Position numbers and translations under genes: made by a program. From a virus (taxonomy: Duplodnaviria > Caudoviricetes), in the IMG/VR virus record IMGVR_UViG_3300022742_000101, positions 1 through 36,330 of that record: a stretch of DNA of 36,330 bases. The stretch is one strand, 5' to 3'. The notes beneath the pieces were generated by a model that was given only the letters and a program-made list of their open reading frames with translations, had not been told where the DNA came from and did not search any database. Below, in pieces: positions 26,614 through 35,850 of the stretch; within the stretch, counting starts at the first letter, position 1; each line of letters opens with the position of its first letter.

Positions 26614-27021
26614 TCAGTGAATGCGCTCGATCTTGGTGTTGTTGGCCTGAAGGTGCTTCTTCAGTGAGTTGAAGCTCGACCAGTCCCAGTTCAGAGAGGT
26701 GATCACCTTCGCGGCCAGTTCGTCGGCCCGCTTCTTGCCGTAGGCCTTGCGGTGAAGCGCGATCTCGGCAGCGGAGTACAGTTTCTTGTTGGACCGGCGA
26801 TAGAAGCGGCGCGCTTCGTCGTGAACCGGTTTCCCGCCATGGTCCACGCTCAACCAGGCCCCTTTGATGGAGTCGTTGACGTAGATATTTGTGCACCAGC
26901 TCCGCTTACCAGGTTCGATGTACTGGATCAGGTCCACGCGAAATCCATCGCACATCAAAGCCATCTGCCCATAGGGCGAGTCCATCTGTTCCTTCAAATC
27001 GTCCCAATCAGACTGCTGCAT
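26614..27021 (-). CDS. Hypothetical phage protein
   Basis: 135-aa ORF with a GAGG SD, in operon orientation. Confidence 0.8.
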   Translation of the reverse strand: MQQSDWDDLKEQMDSPYGQMALMCDGFRVDLIQYIEPGKRSWCTNIYVNDSIKGAWLSVDHGGKPVHDEARRFYRRSNKKLYSAAEIALHRKAYGKKRADELAAKVITSLNWDWSSFNSLKKHLQANNTKIERIH

Positions 27022-27033
27022 GTCTCAATCCTC

Positions 27034-27099
27034 GGCTGCTCGTCAGTACCCGGCCACCATGGCGGGCAGACCACCCCGGACAAGCCGGGGCGGTTTCGC
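27034..27099 (-). ncRNA. Type II hammerhead ribozyme
   Basis: GC-GAAA-CCGCCCCGG-cuugu-CCGGGGUG-GUC^-UGCCCG-loop-CGGGUA-CUGACGA-GC-aGCC. All core nucleotides and three stems are present. Confidence 0.9.
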
Positions 27100-27333
27100 T
27101 CAGTGGATGGTCGGTTTTGTCTGAAGCAGCTCGCGGGTGGCTTTACAGACTTCGCAGTCACAGCCCGGCATGGCCGCGCTGATCGGAAGGGCGATACGGC
27201 CCAGCAGTTTGACGCCGTTCATCATGGCGTCCACAACGCGCCCGGCGGGGGTACTGTGCAGGTCGCTCTGGTTGTCGATGCTGATTGAAACTGCGCCTTC
27301 GCTGTCGTCTACGGTGATTTGGATCTTAGCCAT
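27100..27333 (-). CDS. Hypothetical protein (77 aa, CxCxxC)
   Basis: Start MAKIQITV after GAG; operon orientation. Confidence 0.75.
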   Translation of the reverse strand: MAKIQITVDDSEGAVSISIDNQSDLHSTPAGRVVDAMMNGVKLLGRIALPISAAMPGCDCEVCKATRELLQTKPTIH

Positions 27334-27364
27334 TTGTACTACTCTCGATTCGGTCAAAAGGGGA

Positions 27365-28009
27365 TCAGTGCAGGGTTGCCGGCGCTTGGTCGGCGACGAA
27401 GATGCTCGCGATGTCCAAGGGGATTGGCGCGTACTGGTCAGTCGTGCCGATGCGCTCGTAGACGCGGATGTAGCTCTTCGAGCCCACGACCTGGACCGCT
27501 TCTCCAATGGCCGTCATGGCGCGTACCCAGCGTTCGTCCTGGATCTCCAACCGGCGCAGACCGAGGACGCGACCGGTGCTGATCTCGCCGGCCTTGTCCG
27601 CTCGGAATGCTTCGTTGACAAGCACCCGAACTTCACTGCGCGCATCCTGCGTCCACTCCGCGGCGCATTCATCGATCAGAGCGCGAGCGGCTTGCAGGCG
27701 CTCGTCGAACTTGATCGAGTCCTGCACGGCATGAACGATCTTGTAGCGACCGTCGAACGAAAGGAGGGTGACGTTGCCCTTCTTGCCGCCGATGGTGGCC
27801 TTGTACTGCTCGGCAGACATCTCGACGAACGCCTTGATGTCGCCGAATGCCGACGTCTTGAACTGACTCAGCGCCGCCGATACCGCCTTTGCACGCCCGA
27901 CCAGTTCGCTGACAAGCTCGTCGCGAGCAAGGTCGATTGGCTTGATCAGTTCCTCTGGAACCAGGTGGCCCTTGGCGTCCTGGCGAAACCCTTGTGGGAT
28001 GTTGTTCAT
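27365..28009 (-). CDS. DUF3164 family protein
   Basis: DAKGHLVP..IKPIDLARD, GGKKGNVTLLSFDG and SKSYIRVYER. Confidence 0.88.
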   Translation of the reverse strand: MNNIPQGFRQDAKGHLVPEELIKPIDLARDELVSELVGRAKAVSAALSQFKTSAFGDIKAFVEMSAEQYKATIGGKKGNVTLLSFDGRYKIVHAVQDSIKFDERLQAARALIDECAAEWTQDARSEVRVLVNEAFRADKAGEISTGRVLGLRRLEIQDERWVRAMTAIGEAVQVVGSKSYIRVYERIGTTDQYAPIPLDIASIFVADQAPATLH

Positions 28010-28482
28010 CAACTGTTTTCCATGTTCGTTTGGGGGGTGGCCTGGCCTTGCACCGTTGCAACTGCCTTCATGGCCTGCTTTTTTGTGTCTTCGATTTGCT
28101 CGTCCGATTTGAGCGCTGCGTCTGGATTCGCCCGGCGCTTCATCGTCGCCATCAGTCCATCCAGTGCCGCATTTCCGGTCTGTATCTGCTTGCCTGTTCG
28201 CTTCGGTTTCGGGATCTGCAACGGGGCCTCGGCTGCTGGCATAGCGCGCAGCAACTGAGCCGGTGCGGGCCACCGCTCGCAGGTTGCGAACAACGTTTCA
28301 AACCCTTTGCGAATCCGAGGCGCGTCGACGTGTTCCTCGCGCTGACTGCCCTTGCTGAGCGCGACCAGCCAGACGTCGAGCGTCAGCGTGATTGCGTCCG
28401 CTGCCGGTGCTCCTTCGAGCCGCAACGCAACCAGCTTCTTCAGTCCTTTGCCGACCTCACGCTCCAGCCATTTCTCAACCAC
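28009..28482 (-). CDS. Hypothetical phage protein
   Basis: GL.KLVALRLEGAPAAD..WPAPAQLL; coupled to neighbours. Confidence 0.8.
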   Translation of the reverse strand: MVEKWLEREVGKGLKKLVALRLEGAPAADAITLTLDVWLVALSKGSQREEHVDAPRIRKGFETLFATCERWPAPAQLLRAMPAAEAPLQIPKPKRTGKQIQTGNAALDGLMATMKRRANPDAALKSDEQIEDTKKQAMKAVATVQGQATPQTNMENS

Positions 28483-28969
28483 TGATCCTGGCCTCCAATG
28501 CGTCTAGGGCTGCGACGGTCTGGCTCGCCTTCCTTGGCTGCGGCAGCACACCGCGCCCCTCCGGTGCCAAAGCCAGCGCGGTACTACTCGCGCCGGGCTG
28601 GTACTGGGTCATGACCTGGTACAGCCAGCCATGGCCCTTCAGCGGAGTGACAAGCTTCCCGGTTTCACGCGCTGTCAACGTCTGCTCGATGGCCCACAAC
28701 CAGCACTCGGGCGGCGCCTCGTAAGCGACGCCACCGCGCTCGATGCGCTGCGCCTGGACATCCGGCAGCAGTTCGCCGAGCAGCTTTGCCACGCGATCCA
28801 TGGTCAGCTCGCGGGTTTCAGGACGGAACAGGCCGAGGTAGCGCACCAAGGCGTTACCGAGCTGGCCGGACATCTTGAAGGCAATACCCAACGCCTCGCG
28901 GGCGCCGTCGTGCGCAATCAGGGCGTCGAGGGACAGGGTCGTCCCGCAGTTAGGGCAGCGTGTCCGCAT
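28475..28969 (-). CDS. Hypothetical phage protein (CxxC N-terminus)
   Basis: MRTRCPNCG..YLGLFRP..PLKGHGWLY; TGATG coupling. Confidence 0.82.
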   Translation of the reverse strand: MRTRCPNCGTTLSLDALIAHDGAREALGIAFKMSGQLGNALVRYLGLFRPETRELTMDRVAKLLGELLPDVQAQRIERGGVAYEAPPECWLWAIEQTLTARETGKLVTPLKGHGWLYQVMTQYQPGASSTALALAPEGRGVLPQPRKASQTVAALDALEARISG

Positions 28970-29466
28970 CAGTGGACCTCCACAGCCAAGGGCCGGACAT
29001 ACAGGCGACCGCCATACGCCGAGGCAATTGGGGCAGGGTGTCCGCGAAACCAGTCGATCTGCTCGGCAGTCCACTCGCCGGCCTCGCCGCATGGAGGCAT
29101 CAACCGGTCGTACTCTTCAACAGCACGGCAGAACCACTCTGCGACAGCTTTCGAAGGGCAAGCCCTGACGGGTGTGCCGTCGATAGCCTCGACAACCCAC
29201 GCCTCGCGCATGACCTCATACATGCGGCCTACGGAAATTTCCGACAACGCGGAACTGAACGAAACTTCTGCTGTCGCATCACCGGGCAAGACTCGCCCGT
29301 GTTCCTTGAGAGTCAAAAGAAGCTTGTCCAGGCAGTCAGCCTGGTGGCCTGCCGAGCGGTACGACACGGCGAACCCAACGCACTGTCCTGCGAACTGAAG
29401 CCGGATCATCCCCGCGCCCCTTACATGGATCTGAATTGCCGGTACTGCTTTAGTGAGCTGCTGCAT
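28969..29466 (-). CDS. Hypothetical phage protein
   Basis: GGAGG SD upstream of the ATG at 29466 (29472 is an alternative). Confidence 0.7.
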   Translation of the reverse strand: MQQLTKAVPAIQIHVRGAGMIRLQFAGQCVGFAVSYRSAGHQADCLDKLLLTLKEHGRVLPGDATAEVSFSSALSEISVGRMYEVMREAWVVEAIDGTPVRACPSKAVAEWFCRAVEEYDRLMPPCGEAGEWTAEQIDWFRGHPAPIASAYGGRLYVRPLAVEVH

Positions 29467-29824
29467 TTCCATTGCCTCCACAGTTGGGATTGAACGAGCA
29501 CTGTTGGCATGCCCGCCAATGCTGCATCGCCATCGGGTTATGGGTCGGGGCCTGGCGTTGATAGAAGCCCTGGCACCGCTCGACGGTCAGTTGCTCACCA
29601 AGGGCCGGGCAGTCGATCTGGCCCAAGACTTCCATCACACGTCGCTCAACATGTGCAGTGCTCGGACTGTCGTACTTGTTCGAAAGGATCAGGCTGACCG
29701 CCGTTCGGCTCATGCCGATGCGCTGAGCAGCAGCTGTACGATTAGTCGCTGCGGCCTCAGCAGCAAGCAGGCGGACGAAGAGGGGCGGCTCAGCGCCCCA
29801 GCCGGAGATATCAACGTTGGTCAT
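29450..29824 (-). CDS. HTH DNA-binding protein with Cys-rich C-terminus
   Basis: RTAAAQRIGMSRTAVSLILSNKY; CPALG..C..CQQC. Confidence 0.8.
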   Translation of the reverse strand: MTNVDISGWGAEPPLFVRLLAAEAAATNRTAAAQRIGMSRTAVSLILSNKYDSPSTAHVERRVMEVLGQIDCPALGEQLTVERCQGFYQRQAPTHNPMAMQHWRACQQCSFNPNCGGNGNAAAH

Positions 29825-30591
29825 TGCAGACCTCCAGACTCTCCAGGCTCCGCCAACTCAAGACGGGTCCGCTCGACCAAGTCGGCGGAAAACTTGCCTT
29901 TTTGCTCTTCCGCCAAGGCAAGCCATTCGCTCAGCAGATCGCGGCTGCGGATCAGGGCAATACCCGGCTCGACCAGGCTGCGGTCCCCATCGATAGAACC
30001 TGTAGTTTTCACGTAGACAAGCTTGCTCAGGTTCGGGTCGTAGACTTGGAGCGAGTCCAGTTGACGGATCTCGGGTGGCCGTGGCCCCGTATTTTTCGTG
30101 CGCACCAGTCGATACGTGTCTGCTACTCGGCCCCCAACGTGGGTTTTCTCCAGATAGCCGGCCTCGGCAAGGGCGTTCATGTACTGGCGTACTTTCACAA
30201 TGCTCAGCACGGCGTTCCCGACTGCGGCGGTGTGGAGGACGTCCTCAACAGTGAGGTCGCCGCTCAAGATTCTGAGCGTTCTCCAAATGTTCTCCGTAGC
30301 CAAGTGGGCGTAGGTTCGCTGGCCTTTGCTGTCCAGCCGGGGGTGATCTGCCCCTTCGTCGCGGGCGAGCGCAAAGACTCGACCTTCTTTCCCGGATGGC
30401 GTATCGATCAGCTTGATGATTCCGGCCTTCACAAGGGCGCGAAGGTACTGATTAATTTCCTTGGGCTTCTGAGCACAACGCCTTGCGATGTCGTGAGCGG
30501 AAAAGCCTTTGGCAAGCATTCGGATGGATTCCCAGATTCGTTGCCGAGGCTCTTTCGCTCCAAGCACTACCAGTTGCGAGCGACCAGTCAT
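29821..30591 (-). CDS. Tandem winged-helix protein downstream of MuB
   Basis: Two repeats of IW..R..YL.AL..AG; NTGPRPP..VYDPNL. Confidence 0.78.
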   Translation of the reverse strand: MTGRSQLVVLGAKEPRQRIWESIRMLAKGFSAHDIARRCAQKPKEINQYLRALVKAGIIKLIDTPSGKEGRVFALARDEGADHPRLDSKGQRTYAHLATENIWRTLRILSGDLTVEDVLHTAAVGNAVLSIVKVRQYMNALAEAGYLEKTHVGGRVADTYRLVRTKNTGPRPPEIRQLDSLQVYDPNLSKLVYVKTTGSIDGDRSLVEPGIALIRSRDLLSEWLALAEEQKGKFSADLVERTRLELAEPGESGGLQ

Positions 30592-31313
30592 TAGCTCGCC
30601 CTCCGGCGCGGGGCCTCACCAGTAAACCAATCCCGTTTGCCCCAGACTGCGAGGTCGACGTAATCGATCATGTTTGCCGAGGCCTCGCCCTGCACGCGAT
30701 GCAGATTCACAGCGGCTCGGCGTAGGCACCCATTGGTGGCTCGTACCAAGTCAGCAAGAAGATCGTCAGCGATCTTGAGGTCGGGGTAGTTTGCATCTGC
30801 AAACTTCCTCAGGTCGGTAAGGGTGGCCCGCTGTGCCGGAACCCACTCAAGGACCCGGTTGTGCAAACGCTCCAGCTTCACAAGCGAGCTTGGTACACGC
30901 TCTTCGCCAATCAAGACAATCGTGCCCTGGCTCGCGTTGTAGAGATCTGTCAGGACGTTAGCGATGGCTTTGTCCAGCATGTACTGCACATCATCAACAA
31001 TGAGAGGGCGCATCGAACGTGACAGTTGTTCTGCGATCTGATCAAGCATGTCACTGAGGGTGCGCCCCGGGATTATCGACATCTCTTTCAGAACAGCCAG
31101 CAGGAACGCCTTCTTTGACCAAGTGTCACGACACTCGACGTAATAGGCGCGGTGCTGGTTCGCGGCATAAGACGCAGCAACACTTTTGCCCAGGCCGCTT
31201 GGGCCGTACATTACAACGAGTCCAGGGAGCCCTACCGGGCGCGTTTGAGCGCGATGCATCGCGCCACCTAGCAAGCCGACGTTTGTCAGCGCTACGATTT
31301 TAGTTACACTCAC
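30591..31313 (-). CDS. MuB-like AAA+ transposition ATPase
   Basis: GPSGLGKS Walker A, LIVDD Walker B, directly after the transposase. Confidence 0.93.
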   Translation of the reverse strand: MSVTKIVALTNVGLLGGAMHRAQTRPVGLPGLVVMYGPSGLGKSVAASYAANQHRAYYVECRDTWSKKAFLLAVLKEMSIIPGRTLSDMLDQIAEQLSRSMRPLIVDDVQYMLDKAIANVLTDLYNASQGTIVLIGEERVPSSLVKLERLHNRVLEWVPAQRATLTDLRKFADANYPDLKIADDLLADLVRATNGCLRRAAVNLHRVQGEASANMIDYVDLAVWGKRDWFTGEAPRRRAS

Positions 31314-31375
31314 TTTGCTTACTCCTGTAAACAGCGTGTTGGCGCACGCTGGTACTTACGAATGCGGGCTGGCTA

Positions 31376-33439
31376 TCAGCCCGCATGCTTCTCAAATCCT
31401 TCCATCAGCTCGCGCTGATAAATGAGGTCGGGATGGGTTGAGTAGGCCTTCCACCATCGGGCCTCTTCGGCGGTCAATGCCTCTCCAGCTCTCTGTCGCT
31501 GATCCAGCTTTTCCCACAACTCGTATCGCGCTACGTCATTTCCAGGTATCGCGAATTGCTCCCGCTTCGACTGCATCTCTTCCGCAAACTCCAAAGCTGC
31601 CGCCAATTCGCCTGCATCCAGGTTTGCTGACGGAGCCGAGGTCGGAGCGATCATTTCGACCTGATGTCCTGTAAGCGTTTCGAGCTTGTTCACCGCTCGC
31701 TTGAATTGCCCTTTTTCTCGCTTCTCGCGAGCCATCTCCAACATCGACTGAGGCATATAGTCGGTGGTGTTTCCATCGAGACGGGCAGAGCTGATCAACT
31801 CACCTTCAAGCGTGTATGCCCAGACTTGGCTAGGATCTCTAACGTCGTAGGCAATCCGTATTTCTTGGTCATGAAAGGCCGTTAGATCAATGGAGAAATA
31901 CGTATTACCGGCCCACGCAATCTCTCCACGCCGCGACTTGCGAATAACCTGCGGGCGCATTAGGGATTCCACTATTGCGTCCGGAGCACTCATGGGCTCC
32001 CAGCCATCAGCTATTGCCGCCTGCCAAGCCTCGTTCGGGCTCATGTGTCTCAGAACACCAGTAATAGGGTCTCTGAACTTCTCCAGCCCCCGGTGAGGGG
32101 TATCGTTATAGTCCGCAATCTCAAACTCAGCGCCTGACATGAACTCGCCGAAGGTTGGCAAAGCGCGTGTCTTGCCGGTTTCTTTCAGTTCTTTTCGGCT
32201 AACACGGTGCACACGGTTACCTGCGTGCTTATCCATGTCTTGGCCCATATAGCTGATCAGCTTTTTTGCGGCGCGAACCCAAATGGTTTTATGGCCTCGC
32301 TCGGATAGCCCCCGCGCCTGGCTGTTGTATGGCAGTGAGTGCGTCATAGTTCCGCCCAGGCGATCTACAACTTCACGTACCGTGTCGTTGTCAAATCCCG
32401 AGCCATTGTCTACATAAAAGATCGAGAACATGCATTCGCGGATGGCTCCCTTGAGGGCGTCCAACACACCAATAGCCGATTCAGCCTCGCCAACAGAAAT
32501 TCCGACGACACGCCTTGTTGCCACGTCTAGGACGGTTGTGATCTCTGGGCGATACGGTTTCCCAGTTAGCGGGTTAATAACCTCGGCATCAAACTTATGC
32601 CCGTCAGCGGTATATACATCACCGGGAAACAGCATTTTTGTGGAGCGGCGCCGGAAGGGTTGAAGTGCCTTCAGCTCTTGCGGGCTCATGCGACCACGGT
32701 TGAGAGCGTCCGGCGAGATTTTCTTGAGCAGTCTTTGAACTGCGTGAATACTCGGTGCCACCCCTTCGTATTTTGTTACGAACTCTGCATAACTAGCAGT
32801 GACAGAAGGTTTGGTTGGGCGCTGATAGCAGCGAAGAAACTCTGAAGCCCAATCAGGCATTCCGAGATTTGCTCGCTGACGCAGCGGCGCCAAAGCTGCC
32901 TCATTGCGGTCAGCCGACCGCCAACTCGCTAACCAGCGCTTTAAAGTTCGCTCGGACAGACCCCGATCTTCGGTTTTGCGGTCGTTTGCAACTTCCACAC
33001 GACTTTGTAGGTACGGCGAAAGAGTGCCGGCCTGAGCATGTTTGACCAGAGCGTCGATTGCTGACTTTTGAGATACAAGTTGCATCATTCGCTCTATCTC
33101 ACGACAGAACGCCAAGCGAGCACTCATAACAGCGCGCTGCCTGTCATTCAGAGCGGTAGAGGACATGCAGACCTGGCTATCGACTTGGCTCGCGATCTGA
33201 GTTGTTTCTCCCGAGAGACGAACCAGCAGTGCAGCCTGAGTGTCTGGTGGAAGGCACGAAAAGAGAAACTCGCGACCGCCGCCCTGTGCTTTCCGAGGTT
33301 GCCAAGACCAGCCCTCTTGGCGGGCCCGGTAATTGACGCCCTGGACAGTTCCGGGCAGGCCGGGAAGTCCGCTTAATTCCTGCGCGGTGTACCAGTCGGC
33401 AAGCTTCGAACTGGTCATATCGAGTGTGTGCTTGCTCAT
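31376..33439 (-). CDS. MuA-like DDE transposase
   Basis: N-terminal Mu HTH (WYTAQEL.GLPGLP..GGGRE); catalytic TADGH, YVDNGSG and GLSER; Mu C-terminal domain. Confidence 0.96.
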   Translation of the reverse strand: MSKHTLDMTSSKLADWYTAQELSGLPGLPGTVQGVNYRARQEGWSWQPRKAQGGGREFLFSCLPPDTQAALLVRLSGETTQIASQVDSQVCMSSTALNDRQRAVMSARLAFCREIERMMQLVSQKSAIDALVKHAQAGTLSPYLQSRVEVANDRKTEDRGLSERTLKRWLASWRSADRNEAALAPLRQRANLGMPDWASEFLRCYQRPTKPSVTASYAEFVTKYEGVAPSIHAVQRLLKKISPDALNRGRMSPQELKALQPFRRRSTKMLFPGDVYTADGHKFDAEVINPLTGKPYRPEITTVLDVATRRVVGISVGEAESAIGVLDALKGAIRECMFSIFYVDNGSGFDNDTVREVVDRLGGTMTHSLPYNSQARGLSERGHKTIWVRAAKKLISYMGQDMDKHAGNRVHRVSRKELKETGKTRALPTFGEFMSGAEFEIADYNDTPHRGLEKFRDPITGVLRHMSPNEAWQAAIADGWEPMSAPDAIVESLMRPQVIRKSRRGEIAWAGNTYFSIDLTAFHDQEIRIAYDVRDPSQVWAYTLEGELISSARLDGNTTDYMPQSMLEMAREKREKGQFKRAVNKLETLTGHQVEMIAPTSAPSANLDAGELAAALEFAEEMQSKREQFAIPGNDVARYELWEKLDQRQRAGEALTAEEARWWKAYSTHPDLIYQRELMEGFEKHAG

Positions 33440-33747
33440 AAAACGTTAGACTCAGGACTATTGTTCGAGAGCTCCGGTCGTTTCGGGCGTTGCCGCTGCG
33501 GCGTGCCGCTAGCATCCCAGCGGTCCGGCCATAGTTCTTTAGGTTCAAGTCCTAGTGCTTTGGCGATAGCTCTTTCCATTCGTGGGTAAGGCAGGCGCTT
33601 AACGTTCAGAACTGCGGAGATCGAGACGTTCATTTTCCTAGCGACCTTCGCCAAGGATGTCCCCTTAGCGCGCAGCTGGAATTTGATCCATTCCCACCGC
33701 AGCTCGGGATCGCTGGGTACTTCGGGGGGTGGCGTTTTGGTTTTCAT
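33436..33747 (-). CDS. ner: Ner-like DNA-binding protein
   Basis: IKFQLRAKGTSLAKVA..PYPRMERAIAKALG..LWPDRW; divergent from the repressor. Confidence 0.9.
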   Translation of the reverse strand: MKTKTPPPEVPSDPELRWEWIKFQLRAKGTSLAKVARKMNVSISAVLNVKRLPYPRMERAIAKALGLEPKELWPDRWDASGTPQRQRPKRPELSNNSPESNVL

Positions 33748-33893
33748 CTGGCGGCCTATGGGTCGTTTTTTTTGACAGCTAACGTGATGTACGTCATAGG
33801 CTAGTGCCATAGAAGTTGAAAGGCAACCCCTATAGAAGTGTTTTCAGCTTTTTTTAGCGCTTGATTCTAGTGCTAAAGAGATAAACCCTTTGA

Positions 33894-33906
33894 AATCAAT
33901 GACTTG
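33894..33906 (+). promoter_or_regulatory. IHF binding site in the c-ner control region
   Basis: AATCAA-TGAC-TTG matches WATCAANNNNTTR. Confidence 0.7.
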
Positions 33907-33912
33907 CAGAAG

Positions 33913-34617
33913 ATGAAAAAAGACGATTTGCCCGATAACCAGCTTTCATCTTCCCCAGCAAAAGCTGAAAGTGACCCAGCATTCATCGAGAGGCTGCGCG
34001 TCATCGCCGCGAAGGTGGGGAGCGTCAATGCTCTAGCGCGCGCATCAGGGCTCTCGCAGGGAGGGTTGCAGCGCTACATGAAGGGTGGGGAGCCAACTCG
34101 GCCAAATCTGATCAGCCTGGCAAAAGCAGGCGGAGTCAGCCTTACCTGGTTGATGACTGGTGACGACGCTCCAGACGGGCAGCCAACGGCAGACGATGAT
34201 ATCTATGCCTACATCCCGCTGTACGACGCCCGCATAAGCCAAGGGCACGGCGCATGGAACGATGGGGTTAGGGTACTGACCAAGTTGGCGTTTACTCGCT
34301 ACAGCCTGCGCAAAAAGGGCCTGGACCCTGCAAAGCTGGCCGCTGTGCGTGTGGATGGAGACTCGAACGAGCCCATTCTGAGCGACGGTGACACCGTTAT
34401 GGTTGATCTGAGCCGGAACGTCCTTCAGGGGGAGGCGTTCTACGTCATCCGCATAGATGACCTGCTCTACGCCAAGCGCCTACAGCGCGAGTTTGACGGC
34501 AGCATCCTGGTCATCAGTGCCAACCCGGCATATCGGGTGATCACCGTCCCGCAGAGCCAGCTCAACTCGTTTGAGGTTATTGGACGGGTGGTTTGGGCTG
34601 GAGGCTGGATGGTCTGA
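33913..34617 (+). CDS. CI-type repressor (HTH plus S24 peptidase)
   Basis: N-terminal HTH (LARASGLSQGGLQRY), VDGDSNEP serine and YAKRL lysine. Confidence 0.93.
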   Translation: MKKDDLPDNQLSSSPAKAESDPAFIERLRVIAAKVGSVNALARASGLSQGGLQRYMKGGEPTRPNLISLAKAGGVSLTWLMTGDDAPDGQPTADDDIYAYIPLYDARISQGHGAWNDGVRVLTKLAFTRYSLRKKGLDPAKLAAVRVDGDSNEPILSDGDTVMVDLSRNVLQGEAFYVIRIDDLLYAKRLQREFDGSILVISANPAYRVITVPQSQLNSFEVIGRVVWAGGWMV

Positions 34618-34813
34618 GCGGGGCTAGCGGTTCGCTTTCTCGGGCGCTCCGTTAGCGATCTTAAACCGCCGAAACCCTTGCAGATCAAGGCTTTCAGAGA
34701 ATCCGAAAGATGATGATTGGGACGTTTCGCTTTCTCGGCCAGCAAAACGAAGCAGCGCGTGGCGGTTTGCCTCGGTCGCCCCGAGCCTTGGAGTACCTTC
34801 CGTCACGCAGATC

Positions 34814-35000
34814 CCGGTGCCAAAGAATTCGCTCAATATCTCGACTTTCGAGCGATTCGCTTATTTTTTGATCGTTTTCTCCTGAGCGCCTATTTGGCAC
34901 CGCCATGCTTCCTGAAAGTCCCATGTTTCCTAGCTCTTCCCACTTTGCCCTGCTTCTTCCCCCCTCTTTCATCTAGTGCCATATCCAACACTTCCTCACA
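34814..35000 (-). repeat. Putative prophage left end with repeated GTGCCA boxes
   Basis: CCGGTGCCAAA (34814), inverted TTTGGCACCGC (34893), CTAGTGCCATA (34973), terminal CA at 34999-35000. Confidence 0.6.
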
Positions 35001-35136
35001 CGCGCGCGGCAGCTGTCCCGACGGACAGCAGCGCAAGGATGAGAATTGCTGTCGTTTACCCCGTGCGGCAGGCTTTGGCGGCCCATTGCTGCTGTGTATA
35101 CTGGCCGCCATTTTTAATGACCTGGAACACCCTCCG

Positions 35137-35553
35137 ATGGTTGCTCATCTGATTGAATTCGCGACAAATCACTACCTGCTGGTTGCTATCTTCCTGGTTC
35201 TGCTGGTCCTGCTGATTGTCTACGAGGCCCGCAAAGGCGGCCGCAGCCTGAGCAATGGCGAGCTGACCGCGCTGGTCAACGGCGACAAGGGCCTGGTGAT
35301 CGACATCCGCCCGAGCAAGGAATTCGCCGCTGGCCATATCGTTGGCGCGCTGAACATTCCGCAGGACAAGTTCGCCGCCCGCATCGGCGAGCTGGAGAAA
35401 CACAAGGCCAGCAAGACCCTGATCGTGGTCGACAACATGGGCCAGCACTCCGGCGCGATCTGCCGCGACCTGCTCAAGGCCGGCTTCACCGCCGCCAAGC
35501 TGTCCGGTGGCGTGTCCAGCTGGAAAGCCGACAACCTGCCGCTGGTGAAGTGA
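35137..35553 (+). CDS. Rhodanese-like domain protein (YibN-like), host
   Basis: N-terminal TM, VIDIR..GHIVGALNIP and LSGGVSSW; upstream of grxC. Confidence 0.93.
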   Translation: MVAHLIEFATNHYLLVAIFLVLLVLLIVYEARKGGRSLSNGELTALVNGDKGLVIDIRPSKEFAAGHIVGALNIPQDKFAARIGELEKHKASKTLIVVDNMGQHSGAICRDLLKAGFTAAKLSGGVSSWKADNLPLVK

Positions 35554-35554
35554 C

Positions 35555-35809
35555 ATGACCCAGGTCACCGTCTACTCCAGCGACTACTGCCCTTATTGCA
35601 TGCGCGCCAAGCAGCTGCTGTCGAGCAAAGGCGTGGCCTTCGAAGAAATCAAGGTCGACGGCAAACCCCAGGTGCGCGCGGAAATGGCCCAGAAGGCCGG
35701 CCGCACCTCGGTGCCGCAGATCTGGATCGGCAATACCCACGTCGGTGGTTGCGACGACCTCTATGCGCTGGAGCGCGCCGGCAAGCTCGACGCCCTGCTC
35801 AACGCTTGA
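35555..35809 (+). CDS. grxC: Glutaredoxin 3
   Basis: CPYC, TSVPQIWI and GGCDDL. Confidence 0.97.
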   Translation: MTQVTVYSSDYCPYCMRAKQLLSSKGVAFEEIKVDGKPQVRAEMAQKAGRTSVPQIWIGNTHVGGCDDLYALERAGKLDALLNA

Positions 35810-35850
35810 ACTCCCAAACCCTCTAAAGACCCTGCAAGGAAGGATCTGCC

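Larger units (their letters stand above)
1..35000 (-). mobile_element. Mu-like transposable prophage (contractile tail); right end outside window
   Basis: Mu gene order from c/ner/A/B to tail fibre. Candidate terminal CA at 34999-35000, followed by host-type sequence and rhodanese-grxC-secB. Confidence 0.95.

Noticed and set aside
29824-30594. 256-aa plus-strand ORF and similar antisense ORFs (19727-20752, 18387-19325, 27137-28258)
   Set aside because: Mirror frames of recognisable minus-strand phage genes.
35092-35107. LexA box CTGTGTATACTGGCCG
   Set aside because: It ends in CCG rather than CAG; more likely the host -10 (TATACT).
34717-35136. N-terminal extension of the rhodanese ORF
   Set aside because: It crosses the prophage end; the real start is MVAHL at 35137.
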